Below, piece after piece: positions 1-8,260 of a stretch of DNA of 57,301 nucleotides. The notes beneath the pieces were generated by a model that was not told the DNA's origin, did no database searches, and saw only the letters and a program-made list of their open reading frames with translations. The DNA comes from a virus (taxonomy: Duplodnaviria > Caudoviricetes): the IMG/VR virus record IMGVR_UViG_3300043496_000172, positions 1 to 57,301 of that record. The stretch is one strand, 5' to 3'. The position numbers were made by a program, and so were the translations under genes. Within the stretch, counting starts at the first letter, position 1, and every line of letters begins with the position of its first letter.

Positions 1-69
1 AGGGGTGGGGGGTACAGTAGAGGGATGAGAGAAGGAAGATTCGTACCGGCACCAGAAGGGGCGATGATC
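1..69. repeat. 69-bp perfect inverted repeat, partner at 56046-56114
   Basis: Reverse complement of 1-69 matches 56046-56114; both copies encode MREGRFVPAPEGAMI. Confidence 0.95.
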
Positions 70-273
70 GTCATCCGTCGGATGACGATCGGGCTCATCC
101 CGGCTGCGGCTGACGCCCTGGATCGGATCAAAGACCGCCACGGCTACAAGAGCGTGGACGCGGTGAACCGAGCCCTGGTCGTCTACGAGCTGGTGGACGA
201 AGCCCTCGCGGCTGGTAAGGAGATGCGGTTCGTATCTCCAGACGGAACCATCGAACTGATCAAGATCATCTAA
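25..273 (+). CDS. Ribbon-helix-helix (CopG-like) DNA-binding protein
   Basis: beta-strand RMTIGL, helix (AADALDRIK), then SVDAVNRAL, the RHH pattern. Confidence 0.55.
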   Translation: MREGRFVPAPEGAMIVIRRMTIGLIPAAADALDRIKDRHGYKSVDAVNRALVVYELVDEALAAGKEMRFVSPDGTIELIKII

Positions 274-512
274 TGGCTCAGCTGCCCCCGGATGGGGAAT
301 GGCTCATCCAGCAGATCGACGGGACAGTGATCCTCTTCCAGCGGTACACGGAGGAAGAAATCGTCCGATTCGACCCCAATGACGGCAACGCTGCTGCCAG
401 AGCCCAATCCGCCATCCATCACAGTGATCTACTCACCGACGAGCAGAAGTCGATGGCACACTTCTGGTCCGGCTACTTCTACGGCCACGCCACCGGATGG
501 AGCATGACATGA
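273..512 (+). CDS. Hypothetical protein
   Basis: TAATG overlap with upstream stop; tightly packed. Confidence 0.75.
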   Translation: MAQLPPDGEWLIQQIDGTVILFQRYTEEEIVRFDPNDGNAAARAQSAIHHSDLLTDEQKSMAHFWSGYFYGHATGWSMT

Positions 513-715
513 GAGTCGTCATCCCCGCTGGCCTCAGCGAGGAAGAAACAACCACCTACGTAGGCGTCTTCCGAGGCGCCTACCTGGATACGAAGAACCC
601 TGGTCGCCGGGAACCGGACCTTGTCCGGGCAGACTTCGAAGCTCACCCAGTTGCATACCTGGCTGGTGAGTCCGCTGCGATCAACGAACGCCCCGTACGA
701 AACCGGAGACACTGA
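509..715 (+). CDS. Hypothetical protein
   Basis: ATGA overlap with upstream stop; start moved to 509. Confidence 0.65.
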   Translation: MRVVIPAGLSEEETTTYVGVFRGAYLDTKNPGRREPDLVRADFEAHPVAYLAGESAAINERPVRNRRH

Positions 716-717
716 CG

Positions 718-948
718 ATGGCCCGCAAGCCTGCCGATCCTCGTAACGATCCGTACCGGCACATGCTGCGGGCAGCGAGGAAGCAGTCGAAGCTCAGCAT
801 CAACGACCTGGCTGAAGAACTGCGGATTTCCAAGCAGGCAGTCAGCAACTGGGAACAGGGCACACATCGCCCATCAGAACAGCACCTACGCGAAACGTGT
901 CGGATTGTCGGTCTCGATTTCGCGGTGCTTGTCCACTGGAGAGATTGA
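718..948 (+). CDS. XRE-family HTH regulator
   Basis: LRAARKQSKLSINDLAEELRISKQAVSNWEQG-P is a classic HTH_XRE motif. Confidence 0.9.
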   Translation: MARKPADPRNDPYRHMLRAARKQSKLSINDLAEELRISKQAVSNWEQGTHRPSEQHLRETCRIVGLDFAVLVHWRD

Positions 949-950
949 CC

Positions 951-1220
951 ATGAACCAGGAACCAGAAAAGGAACCGGATTCCGAAGTGATCGAATCGCA
1001 CATAGTTGTCCGGAAAGGCTGGAGTACTGGCCTTCCACGCTATGAAGTGATGCGGCACCGGTTTTATAAATCCACGAGAAGCGTCTTCGTTGTCCACCTG
1101 CGCAGCTTCTTGAAGGAGAAGAACGCGATTGCGTGTGCGCGGGGGCTGACAGACGGAACATGGATCGAAGAAGGTCCAATCGTGTATTTCAGCTTGAAGC
1201 CTGTGACTCTCGACGACTGA
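951..1220 (+). CDS. Hypothetical protein
   Basis: ATG 2 nt after upstream stop; operon packing. Confidence 0.65.
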   Translation: MNQEPEKEPDSEVIESHIVVRKGWSTGLPRYEVMRHRFYKSTRSVFVVHLRSFLKEKNAIACARGLTDGTWIEEGPIVYFSLKPVTLDD

Positions 1221-1384
1221 CGCGGACCACGGCGAGACCCAGGATTCGTCTTCCGACTCCTGGGTCTTTGTCGTGCGAATGATGGGTCATGACTCATACT
1301 TGATCAGTACGGGAGGGGAGTTCCTCCTTGTTGACGCTTTCCACCTGCAACAGCAGATCGGAAGCCTATTGAGAGGTCACTACC

Positions 1385-1729
1385 GTGAATGATTCTTGGA
1401 AGCAAGCCCTATGGGAGGCGCTTGACACCCTACCCCCCGAGCAGCAGTTCGTTGAGTCAGGTGAACTGATCACCTGGATCAGCCACACTCTCCTTGCCGA
1501 GCTGGCCCAGCGTCGCCGGGAGGCTGTCATCACGATGCGCCAGCAGCAGGGCCTGAGTAATGCCGAGGTAGCAGAAGCTCTCGGCATGCGGCGTAGCGCC
1601 GTCGTACGCCTCGTAGAAGAAGGACAGGCTGCTCGCAAGGAGCGCCGCCATGAGGTCGAACCAGATCCTGAGGACGTACAGCAGGTTTCCTACGAGGAAG
1701 GGTTGCTAACCCCCCACCCCTCCCTGTAG
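1385..1729 (+). CDS. HTH DNA-binding protein (sigma-70 region 4-like)
   Basis: GLSNAEVAEALGMRRSAVVRLV; GAGAGG RBS. Confidence 0.8.
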   Translation: MNDSWKQALWEALDTLPPEQQFVESGELITWISHTLLAELAQRRREAVITMRQQQGLSNAEVAEALGMRRSAVVRLVEEGQAARKERRHEVEPDPEDVQQVSYEEGLLTPHPSL

Positions 1730-1820
1730 GCTCCCTTATAGCTTCACACACACCACCGAGAGACCGCACCCGGCGGGTGATTACCAAATCCCCGCCGGGT
1801 GTCGGGTACGAAAGGATGCG

Positions 1821-1985
1821 ATGAAGCAACCACAGGCAGGTTCGATGATGCCAGGCTCAGATGAGCGAGAAATCACCGAAGCGATGGAACGCTTCGGTGG
1901 GGCCGCTGAAGCCAGTATCCGGGAAATCCACCGACGGTGGAAGAAGATCATGGCTGAGGTCCATTCTCCGAAGAAGTGGAAGTAG
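1821..1985 (+). CDS. Small hypothetical protein (54 aa)
   Basis: AAAGGA RBS then ATG; fills the gap before 1992. Confidence 0.5.
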   Translation: MKQPQAGSMMPGSDEREITEAMERFGGAAEASIREIHRRWKKIMAEVHSPKKWK

Positions 1986-1991
1986 CCCGGA

Positions 1992-2291
1992 GTGCATGGA
2001 CCGCTGACCGAGATCGCCATGAAGGCGTTGGAGCGGGTACAGAAAAGATGTGACCGCGACGGATTGAGCCTCTTCGAAGAACTGAATCGGCTGGGACTCA
2101 TCGCCTCCGAGCCCCGGCTCCATGAAGCCCAGGTGTTGGCTCTGGCCAACCTGCGCGACCGGCTCCATCTCATGGATCTTCATGCCCTGTCTATGACCTT
2201 CCAGGCCGGGAACTCCAACCCGGCTGCTCCTGAAGATGTCCGGAGGCTGATTCTTGACTACATAGATAGATATATTTCATTTATTCGATAG
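1992..2291 (+). CDS. Hypothetical protein
   Basis: ORF co-directional with neighbours, ends immediately before array 1. Confidence 0.7.
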   Translation: MHGPLTEIAMKALERVQKRCDRDGLSLFEELNRLGLIASEPRLHEAQVLALANLRDRLHLMDLHALSMTFQAGNSNPAAPEDVRRLILDYIDRYISFIR

Positions 2292-2548
2292 CGACGCGAC
2301 AGGTCTACACACCGCTGCCCCAACTGACGCTGCATCATCGCCTCCGGCCTGCCCACGTGACGCTTCTAGCCAGTTCCCGTCAACCCATCTCTATCGACCT
2401 TTCTCTTCGTATCGTTTCAGATCACTCACCCGACGGAGCGGCTCCGAACCGGTCAAGCCATAACTTTTCATCGCATGTGACGGATCATCTCCCCTCTGCC
2501 CTTTGAGCGACTTGGCAGCCCACCTCATCCCGACTCTTCAGTCCCGAA
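2292..2548 (+). ncRNA. Pentamer array 1: YGAC-(NNNNC)n, about 8 units; putative guide RNA precursor
   Basis: 2431-2481 reads cGAC ggagC ggctC cgaaC cggtC aagcC ataaC ttttC atcgC atg tGAC; the RNA role is inferred. Confidence 0.7.
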
Positions 2549-2562
2549 TAAAAGGAAAGCAG

Positions 2563-3111
2563 ATGCCTGAACCGAATGTCACCGTGAAACGTGACTACGT
2601 CGCTGAAATACGACGCCTGGTAGATGAATACCGCAGTCGCCAGGAATACAACGCCGCGTCGGCTGCGATCGAGATCTACAACCAACTTCTCGGCACTGAC
2701 CGGGAGCTGCTGTACGGCTTCCTGGAAGGACAAGCTGTCCTGGCCATCCGAGGTGTGATGACCGCCGCTGATGCTGCGACCCGCTCCTACGCACGGAGCA
2801 ATGGACCACAGTCCGTGTTCTCAGATGCGGCGACCAAGGCGGAAGGAGGAGACCCTGAACCGCTACGACAGGGCTTCCTGCAAGCCTGGTACGTCGTCGA
2901 CAGTAAGTACTCCCGCAAGGAACTACGGAACATGAACTCAGACGACGTCCTGTTTGTGGCCGAACGATACCGGGAACGAGCCCGGGGAGGGCTCCGGGAA
3001 GCTGCCTTCATGGCAGCGCTGGCGAAACAAATCGGACAGCGGATGGTGGGAGAAGTGTTCAACAACGTCCAGCTGGCTGAGCTGCATACCACTGTTACTG
3101 GAAAGATCTGA
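2563..3111 (+). CDS. Hypothetical protein between arrays 1 and 2; candidate RAMP partner
   Basis: AAAGGAAAG RBS before ATG 2563; the TTG at 2503 lies within the array. Confidence 0.8.
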   Translation: MPEPNVTVKRDYVAEIRRLVDEYRSRQEYNAASAAIEIYNQLLGTDRELLYGFLEGQAVLAIRGVMTAADAATRSYARSNGPQSVFSDAATKAEGGDPEPLRQGFLQAWYVVDSKYSRKELRNMNSDDVLFVAERYRERARGGLREAAFMAALAKQIGQRMVGEVFNNVQLAELHTTVTGKI

Positions 3112-3236
3112 CTGACTCGTCGAACCTTGTCCTATCTACTCATCCGACTTGTCAACCCGGTTCCATCCGACGTCTCTTGTCCTGTCCCCACTGCTCCCGA
3201 CGACTACGCAACCCCGGTCACCTCAATCACAAATCC
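3108..3236 (+). ncRNA. Pentamer array 2, about 4 units, directly upstream of the RAMP gene
   Basis: tGAC tcgtC gaacC ttgtC ctatC tactC atc cGAC ttgtC aaccC ggttC catcC GAC gtctC ttgtC ctgtC cccaC tgctC. Confidence 0.7.
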
Positions 3237-3257
3237 TATTAAAGGAGCAACAGAGAA

Positions 3258-4049
3258 ATGGTAGCGAAAAAGTCCAAGACTGAAGCCGAAACTGAAGGCG
3301 GACGAATCTTCCCGAACGGTTACAGCGTCTTCGGTGACTTCGATGCCGAGAGTTACCAGTACAACTACCTGTGCGAACTCACCATCGCCAACCTGGTTGG
3401 CGGCGTACCCACCGACTCGCAGGTGGCCACCGGCTGGTTGAAGTCCAAGCTTCAGGAGCCAGACGACATCCTGCGGGATCTGGTCGCGAAGACGATGCTT
3501 GAGCGCAACATCACCGCCGATGAAGCGACGAGAATCGTCAACGAGCTGAAGAACCTCAACGGATTCAAGCGACTTCTTCAGGATGGTCTCGGACACGAGG
3601 AGGCCGTAGAGAAGCAGCTGATGATTGAGGGTCGCCAGATCAAGGCTGCGTTGAAGGAAGCGGTGTCGGTCGCGGTTGCCGCCGACAAGCTGGACATGAC
3701 TGGTTGGGGCAAGACCCGCAAGTGGCTGTCGACGTACTTCCCGGAGCATGTGTTCGTGGTCGAGACGGAGGTGCCCCTTTTCCAGAAGGATGAGGAAGGC
3801 AACCTGGTCCCGGTGATGGCACCGACGGACACGTTGCAGCAGTTCGTCCACACGCACCGTGGATCCTCGATCCAATACCAGGAGCGCGTGGAAGACGCCG
3901 TCATCCGGTTCACGGTCGTGGCCGACCATCCCTTCAAGGAGAAGGAATGGGCGATGATTTGGACCACGGGGCAGCGTAACGGTCTCGGAGCGTCCCGGTC
4001 GCAGGGCTACGGCACCTACAAGGTGACGCGGTGGGAGCCAACCAAGTGA
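3258..4049 (+). CDS. Stand-alone Cas7/Csm3-like RAMP-superfamily protein
   Basis: N-terminal strand plus GG (ELTIANLVGGVP); IEGRQIKAALKEA resembling IPGSSLKGALR; ERVEDAVIRFTV; C-terminal Gly loop GLGASRSQGYGTYKV; AAAGGAG RBS. Confidence 0.85.
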   Translation: MVAKKSKTEAETEGGRIFPNGYSVFGDFDAESYQYNYLCELTIANLVGGVPTDSQVATGWLKSKLQEPDDILRDLVAKTMLERNITADEATRIVNELKNLNGFKRLLQDGLGHEEAVEKQLMIEGRQIKAALKEAVSVAVAADKLDMTGWGKTRKWLSTYFPEHVFVVETEVPLFQKDEEGNLVPVMAPTDTLQQFVHTHRGSSIQYQERVEDAVIRFTVVADHPFKEKEWAMIWTTGQRNGLGASRSQGYGTYKVTRWEPTK

Positions 4050-4051
4050 TC

Positions 4052-4357
4052 ATGTTTGCCAGTTTCCAGCGGCGGGTTAACCTCCGCCGCTGGAAGCGGA
4101 TCAGCAACGGCCGGCTGTGGCTTCCACGCATAGGTCACGACACCGCTCAGCACCGCGTCCTGATCATCCCCTTGTGGCTGACACCGTTTTTCCTTCAGTT
4201 CACCCTGGGAGAATGTTTCTGTATGGCCTGCGAACGTTGCCGGCTATACGTTCTGTTGGCTCAGGAGTACGGAGAGGATTTCTCGAAAGATGTTCAACAG
4301 CACCATTATCGGGTTCGTCTGCAAGCCTTGCAGGAACGCGAGACACAGAGAATGTAA
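4052..4357 (+). CDS. Hypothetical protein with CxCxxCxxC motif
   Basis: ORF immediately after the RAMP gene; CFCMACERC. Confidence 0.6.
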   Translation: MFASFQRRVNLRRWKRISNGRLWLPRIGHDTAQHRVLIIPLWLTPFFLQFTLGECFCMACERCRLYVLLAQEYGEDFSKDVQQHHYRVRLQALQERETQRM

Positions 4358-4366
4358 GGGTGGAAC

Positions 4367-4621
4367 ATGGTGCGATTGTCACCACCGCGACCAGATCCCA
4401 TCAAACCCGGAGAAGACTCCCTGATCTGTGACAACTACGTCGACTGCGGAGAATTCCTTCGTTATGGCGGGGTGCAGGGATTTGACCGGGCGCGGGCCAA
4501 AGGCTGGCACATTTTCCAGGGGCCGGAGCGGTTGTTCCTGCTCGGCCCCCAATGTGTCGGGATGCGGTTCCGGCTACCGCCGGCCCCGCCTGTACTTCCA
4601 GGCCAGGAGGAACTGTTTTGA
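4367..4621 (+). CDS. Hypothetical protein (Cys-containing)
   Basis: Packed ORF; CDNYVDC...ARAKGWH...C. Confidence 0.6.
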   Translation: MVRLSPPRPDPIKPGEDSLICDNYVDCGEFLRYGGVQGFDRARAKGWHIFQGPERLFLLGPQCVGMRFRLPPAPPVLPGQEELF

Positions 4622-4629
4622 GTGAGTGG

Positions 4630-4938
4630 ATGCTGACCAAGCAGGAGCGTTACGTCCTGCGGCTTGTCACTGAATCGATCATCGCGGCTGTCAATGATGA
4701 TTTCGATGATCAAGGAATTTTCAACTGTTCCGATGCCTGCGACCATCCGGGGTTCTGTCCTGGTCACGAAGAGGCGCTAGAGCTTGCGGTGGCTGTATCT
4801 GAGTGGATTGAGCATCACCCGAGCATGGCCAAGATCATGTTCCGGCGGGCGCTGCTCGAACACCGAGGCCGGTTGGCGCAGATGCAGAAGGGGGCCGCAC
4901 CGTTCAGCTCGAACCAGGAAACTGGCATCAACGACTAG
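4630..4938 (+). CDS. Hypothetical protein
   Basis: Packed ORF, start moved to ATG 4630. Confidence 0.6.
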   Translation: MLTKQERYVLRLVTESIIAAVNDDFDDQGIFNCSDACDHPGFCPGHEEALELAVAVSEWIEHHPSMAKIMFRRALLEHRGRLAQMQKGAAPFSSNQETGIND

Positions 4939-4955
4939 ATGACTCGGCTTCTATG

Positions 4956-4985
4956 TTGCCGTGACCCCTACCCCTGGGGTATAGC
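4956..4985 (+). promoter_or_regulatory. Putative promoter TTGCCG-18-TATAGC with CCCCTGGGG in the spacer
   Basis: Intergenic; precedes AGGAGG RBS of 5006; motif shared with other promoters. Confidence 0.55.
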
Positions 4986-5005
4986 TGGAAGCCTAGGAGG
5001 AAACA

Positions 5006-5329
5006 GTGAACACGAACGAGATAGTGCTACCCGACGTTCTCAACGGCTTCAGCACCCAGGACCTGGTGGAGCTAGGAGCCCAGCTCACCGGTACCGGATT
5101 CACCGGAGTCGAATCCCGAGCCCTCATCGGCATGATCGAGCAGACCGCGAAGCAGGTCACCCTAGCCATGGTACCGCCGCTCCTCGATCAGGTCCGGCGC
5201 ATCAATGAGGCCCGGATGATGACGGTGTTCCAGCAGCTGCGCCTGCTACCGAACCAGTTCGGCTTCATCAGCCGCGAGCGAGTGATGCAAATACTTCAAA
5301 CGGTGTATTCCACGCCACCCAACGTGTAG
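5006..5329 (+). CDS. Hypothetical protein
   Basis: Strong AGGAGG RBS before GTG. Confidence 0.75.
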   Translation: MNTNEIVLPDVLNGFSTQDLVELGAQLTGTGFTGVESRALIGMIEQTAKQVTLAMVPPLLDQVRRINEARMMTVFQQLRLLPNQFGFISRERVMQILQTVYSTPPNV

Positions 5330-5335
5330 GAGTGA

Positions 5336-5683
5336 GTGATCATGACCGAGGAACGGATGTCCGCTCCTGACATGCTCGAATCAGCTGCGGACCTCATCGA
5401 AAACGTAGGCCATGCACGGAGATCCTATAAGTCTTTTGATGCGGAAATGCGTGTCACCGGATATTGCATCACGGGTGCAATCTACTTACGAGGTAACACC
5501 TTATTTGAAACAAAAGAAGCCATAGCAGCCGTGCGAATGGAAATCCTTCGACGCTTCCCGCATCGATACGATGGTGACATCGCCGTGTGGAACGACTTTC
5601 ACGCCAGTGACGGTGCCGAAGTAGTCGATGTGCTACGTCACGCTGCCAAGAATCTGCGAAACGAAACAGGAGAACAGAAATGA
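5336..5683 (+). CDS. Hypothetical protein (DUF6197-like actinophage family)
   Basis: LESAADLIE..G...YCITGAI...IAVWND...EVVDVLRHAA pattern. Confidence 0.65.
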   Translation: MIMTEERMSAPDMLESAADLIENVGHARRSYKSFDAEMRVTGYCITGAIYLRGNTLFETKEAIAAVRMEILRRFPHRYDGDIAVWNDFHASDGAEVVDVLRHAAKNLRNETGEQK

Positions 5684-5886
5684 AGAAGACCCTACTGATC
5701 ACCGGCAGCCTCGTCGCGGTGTATGTCCTCGTCCGCAACCGCAAGCTGATCGCCGACAAGGCCGCCGACATCGTCAACGCGGCGACGGAGAAGCTTGAAC
5801 TACTGAAGAGCAAAGTCGGCGAGGATGTCAGCGCCTTCCTAGCGGATCCCTCCTCCGGAGAGGCTCGCACTCGACAGGGCTTCTAG
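5680..5886 (+). CDS. Small membrane-anchored protein
   Basis: N-terminal hydrophobic helix; ATGA overlap. Confidence 0.7.
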   Translation: MKKTLLITGSLVAVYVLVRNRKLIADKAADIVNAATEKLELLKSKVGEDVSAFLADPSSGEARTRQGF

Positions 5887-5893
5887 GTTATCC

Positions 5894-5924
5894 GACCCGG
5901 TCACTGTGTGTGGCCGGGTCTTTC
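5894..5924 (+). terminator. Hairpin, possible terminator or processing site before array 3
   Basis: GACCCGGTCAC/GTGGCCGGGTC stem followed by TTT. Confidence 0.5.
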
Positions 5925-6398
5925 GACACATCGGATCTGATCGGCACAGCCCATACCTCATGACAGGACAGGTCTACGTTGTACGGTCCCTCTCTCTTCC
6001 TATGACTCGACCCCTCTCCGCACGCCTAAACATTTCCGACACCACACCTCACGCCTATACGCTTCCGACGCCACACCCCATGTCAGTGCGACAACTCGGT
6101 ACTGATCACCCTCCCCACATCCTTCGACCTTTCATATCACGTCCCTTCGGCCCGCTGTGACTTCACGTGTCGGATCCCCTCAAGCGACGTTCCAATCCCG
6201 ATCTTCGCGACATATCGTCCCTGGTCCAACCTATTGACGTGTCGGCCCTAACATCCACCCACTCCGTCCCCCTCCGACTGACTTCTCGACGCACATACAC
6301 GCCAACCCAACCCCTCGTCGACTTCTCGACACAACTCCTCCCGCATTGACTTTTCAACTCCCCTCACGTCGACTTCCCATCCCATTTCTGTCCCCGTC
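5924..6398 (+). ncRNA. Pentamer array 3, about 15 units
   Basis: cGAC acatC ggatC tgatC ggcaC agccC atacC tca tGAC ... cGAC ctttC atatC acgtC ccttC ggccC gctg tGAC ttcaC gtgtC ggatC ccctC. Confidence 0.75.
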
Positions 6399-6409
6399 TA
6401 GGAGAAACC

Positions 6410-6793
6410 GTGAAGAAAGACCCACATGCCACCGAACCGAAGGTGGAGCTGAACCACGAAACGTACCGGCTGTATGTCGAGGCACTCGACAACAGTGTGG
6501 CCTGGAAGAAAGAGGCTGAACGGCTTCAGGGCCTGCTGAACGAGGAAATCGGGGACGCCTACGCCGGCACGATCGACGGTCACAAGGTAGTGACACATCG
6601 ACCGATACAGACCTGGCGCATCAACGAGCTGGTCCGCGACTATCCAGAGCTGACTGCGCGCTACGTCGAACAGGTCACTGTGGAGAAGCTCGATATCCAC
6701 GAATTTCGGGCACATCACAAGGAAATCGCGGACAAATACCAGTCACGAAGCTTCCGGAACCTAGGCCCAGGCGAGGAAGTAGATCTAGCATGA
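6410..6793 (+). CDS. Hypothetical protein resembling the C-terminal region of YqaJ-type phage nucleases
   Basis: AGGAG RBS; EIGDAYAGTIDGHKVVT ... KYQSRSFR pattern. Confidence 0.55.
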   Translation: MKKDPHATEPKVELNHETYRLYVEALDNSVAWKKEAERLQGLLNEEIGDAYAGTIDGHKVVTHRPIQTWRINELVRDYPELTARYVEQVTVEKLDIHEFRAHHKEIADKYQSRSFRNLGPGEEVDLA

Positions 6794-6797
6794 TCCG

Positions 6798-7286
6798 ATG
6801 GACCAGTTCACTGTCACCGTCTACGGTTTGCCGGCACCGCAGGGCTCGAAGCGTTTCATGGGCATGTCGAAGGCTGGTAAAGGGATCATCGTCAACACGA
6901 GCACTGCCCTGACACCGTGGCGTAACGAGGTAGTGTCTGTGTCAACGAGGGAGCTGGACGCAATGGGGCGTCCGGCTCCCTTTTCTTGTGCGGTGATCCT
7001 GGAGGCGCATTTCAGTTTCACGAGACCCAAGTCGGTCAAGAGATCCAACCGTCCACATATGTCGATTGCTCCGGATTTGTCGAAACTTGTACGAAGCACC
7101 GAAGACGGACTCAAGGACGCGGGCGTTTTCGTGGACGATGCACTGATTGTGGCCATCTACTGCTCCAAGCAGTACGTGGACGAAGGGGCCTACAGCCTGG
7201 ACCGGCAGGGCTGTCGCATCGTCGTACGTCCGGTAGTACCATGGGAGATGCCCCCAGGGAGGGGGAGAGTTGAGCTGGAGGCATAA
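6798..7286 (+). CDS. rusA: RusA-family Holliday junction resolvase
   Basis: PAPQGSK, PDLSKLVRSTEDGL and DDALIV motifs. Confidence 0.92.
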   Translation: MDQFTVTVYGLPAPQGSKRFMGMSKAGKGIIVNTSTALTPWRNEVVSVSTRELDAMGRPAPFSCAVILEAHFSFTRPKSVKRSNRPHMSIAPDLSKLVRSTEDGLKDAGVFVDDALIVAIYCSKQYVDEGAYSLDRQGCRIVVRPVVPWEMPPGRGRVELEA

Positions 7287-7636
7287 TGACAGCCGGCAAC
7301 GCAGTCCTCATCTTGGTGACCGCGCTCCTGAGTCATGTCAGCGGCTTCTGTATGGCCCGCTGGGACCAGTGGAAATTACAGCGCAAGATGAGACCCATCC
7401 CGCTCCCCGGCATGAGCCAGGAGGAGCACGAGACTCAAGTTTTCATCGACAAGCTACATGACACCACCCAGGACGATCTCGCCCTGGACCAGTACGAACC
7501 CAAGACAGAACGGCAACGACGGGCAAAAGTCCTGGCCAGTATCGAACCTGCACAGATCACCTCAGCTGCACACCTGCGGTACGACGCGATGCGTCGAATC
7601 CAGGACGCACTTATCGAACGTCAACTTTCGAAGTAG
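7286..7636 (+). CDS. Hypothetical membrane-anchored protein
   Basis: TAATG overlap; N-terminal hydrophobic segment. Confidence 0.65.
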   Translation: MTAGNAVLILVTALLSHVSGFCMARWDQWKLQRKMRPIPLPGMSQEEHETQVFIDKLHDTTQDDLALDQYEPKTERQRRAKVLASIEPAQITSAAHLRYDAMRRIQDALIERQLSK

Positions 7637-7649
7637 AAACGAGAAGCTT

Positions 7650-7871
7650 TTGAAGCAGAAGACATTCCGGGCATTCGGCTACTGCACGGAATGCCGGAAA
7701 TACATGTACCTGAGCCGTAGCGCGGCAAAAAAGGTCAGTGCACAGCATCATGGGGAACACAAGAGCGAATACCGTTGCCCTATCAATGACAATTTCTGGC
7801 ATGTAGGTGGCCTGGATCCCCGAGTCATAGAAGGGAAGACCAGCCGACGTCGCCGATACGATGCAGCCTGA
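7650..7871 (+). CDS. Small zinc-finger-like protein
   Basis: CTECRK...H...YRCP...WHVG; start uncertain (TTG 7650). Confidence 0.6.
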   Translation: MKQKTFRAFGYCTECRKYMYLSRSAAKKVSAQHHGEHKSEYRCPINDNFWHVGGLDPRVIEGKTSRRRRYDAA

Positions 7872-8249
7872 CGTGCCCGCCCAGCCCGCCACCTGTACGA
7901 CAATGCAGCCGCCGTTCCAGTCACATCACCCGACACATCGCGCCCGGTCACGTCGACGCACCCCTTCTTCTCGACCCTTAGCCTTACCGTCCCACACCGA
8001 CACACCTCGCCAGTTCGAAACCGATCCCTACGACTACTCGCCTTCCATCCCAACTGACTCGCCAACCCGCTCTCCACCCCCACTGACTCGCCAAGTCGGC
8101 TCCACGCCAGGCCACCCGACTATCCGACTCCCGCCTGTTCGACTACCCGCCTCCATCGCCTACTCACTTCCCACCTGTTCGACCGTCCATCGCCGTTCCG
8201 ATCCTGTTCGACCATTCTTCTCGATGCGCACTCAGGTCACTCCCCCTCA
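7869..8249 (+). ncRNA. Pentamer array 4, about 12 units, at the junction of the converging gene blocks
   Basis: cGAC acacC tcgcC agttC gaaaC cgatC cctaC GAC; tGAC tcgcC aagtC ggctC cacgC caggC caccC GAC. Confidence 0.7.
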
Positions 8250-8260
8250 CGCCGAGGCCC

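Noticed and set aside
2503-2562. TTG start at 2503
   Set aside because: Lies inside array 1; ATG 2563 has a clear RBS
5906-6357. ORFs 5906-6160, 6167-6349 and 6163-6357
   Set aside because: Pro/Ser/Thr or Arg/Gly-biased products, no RBS, and period-5 rather than codon structure
5924-6398. Canonical CRISPR array here or in the other C-rich tracts
   Set aside because: No 23-47 bp direct repeats; only YGAC and a period-5 C are conserved
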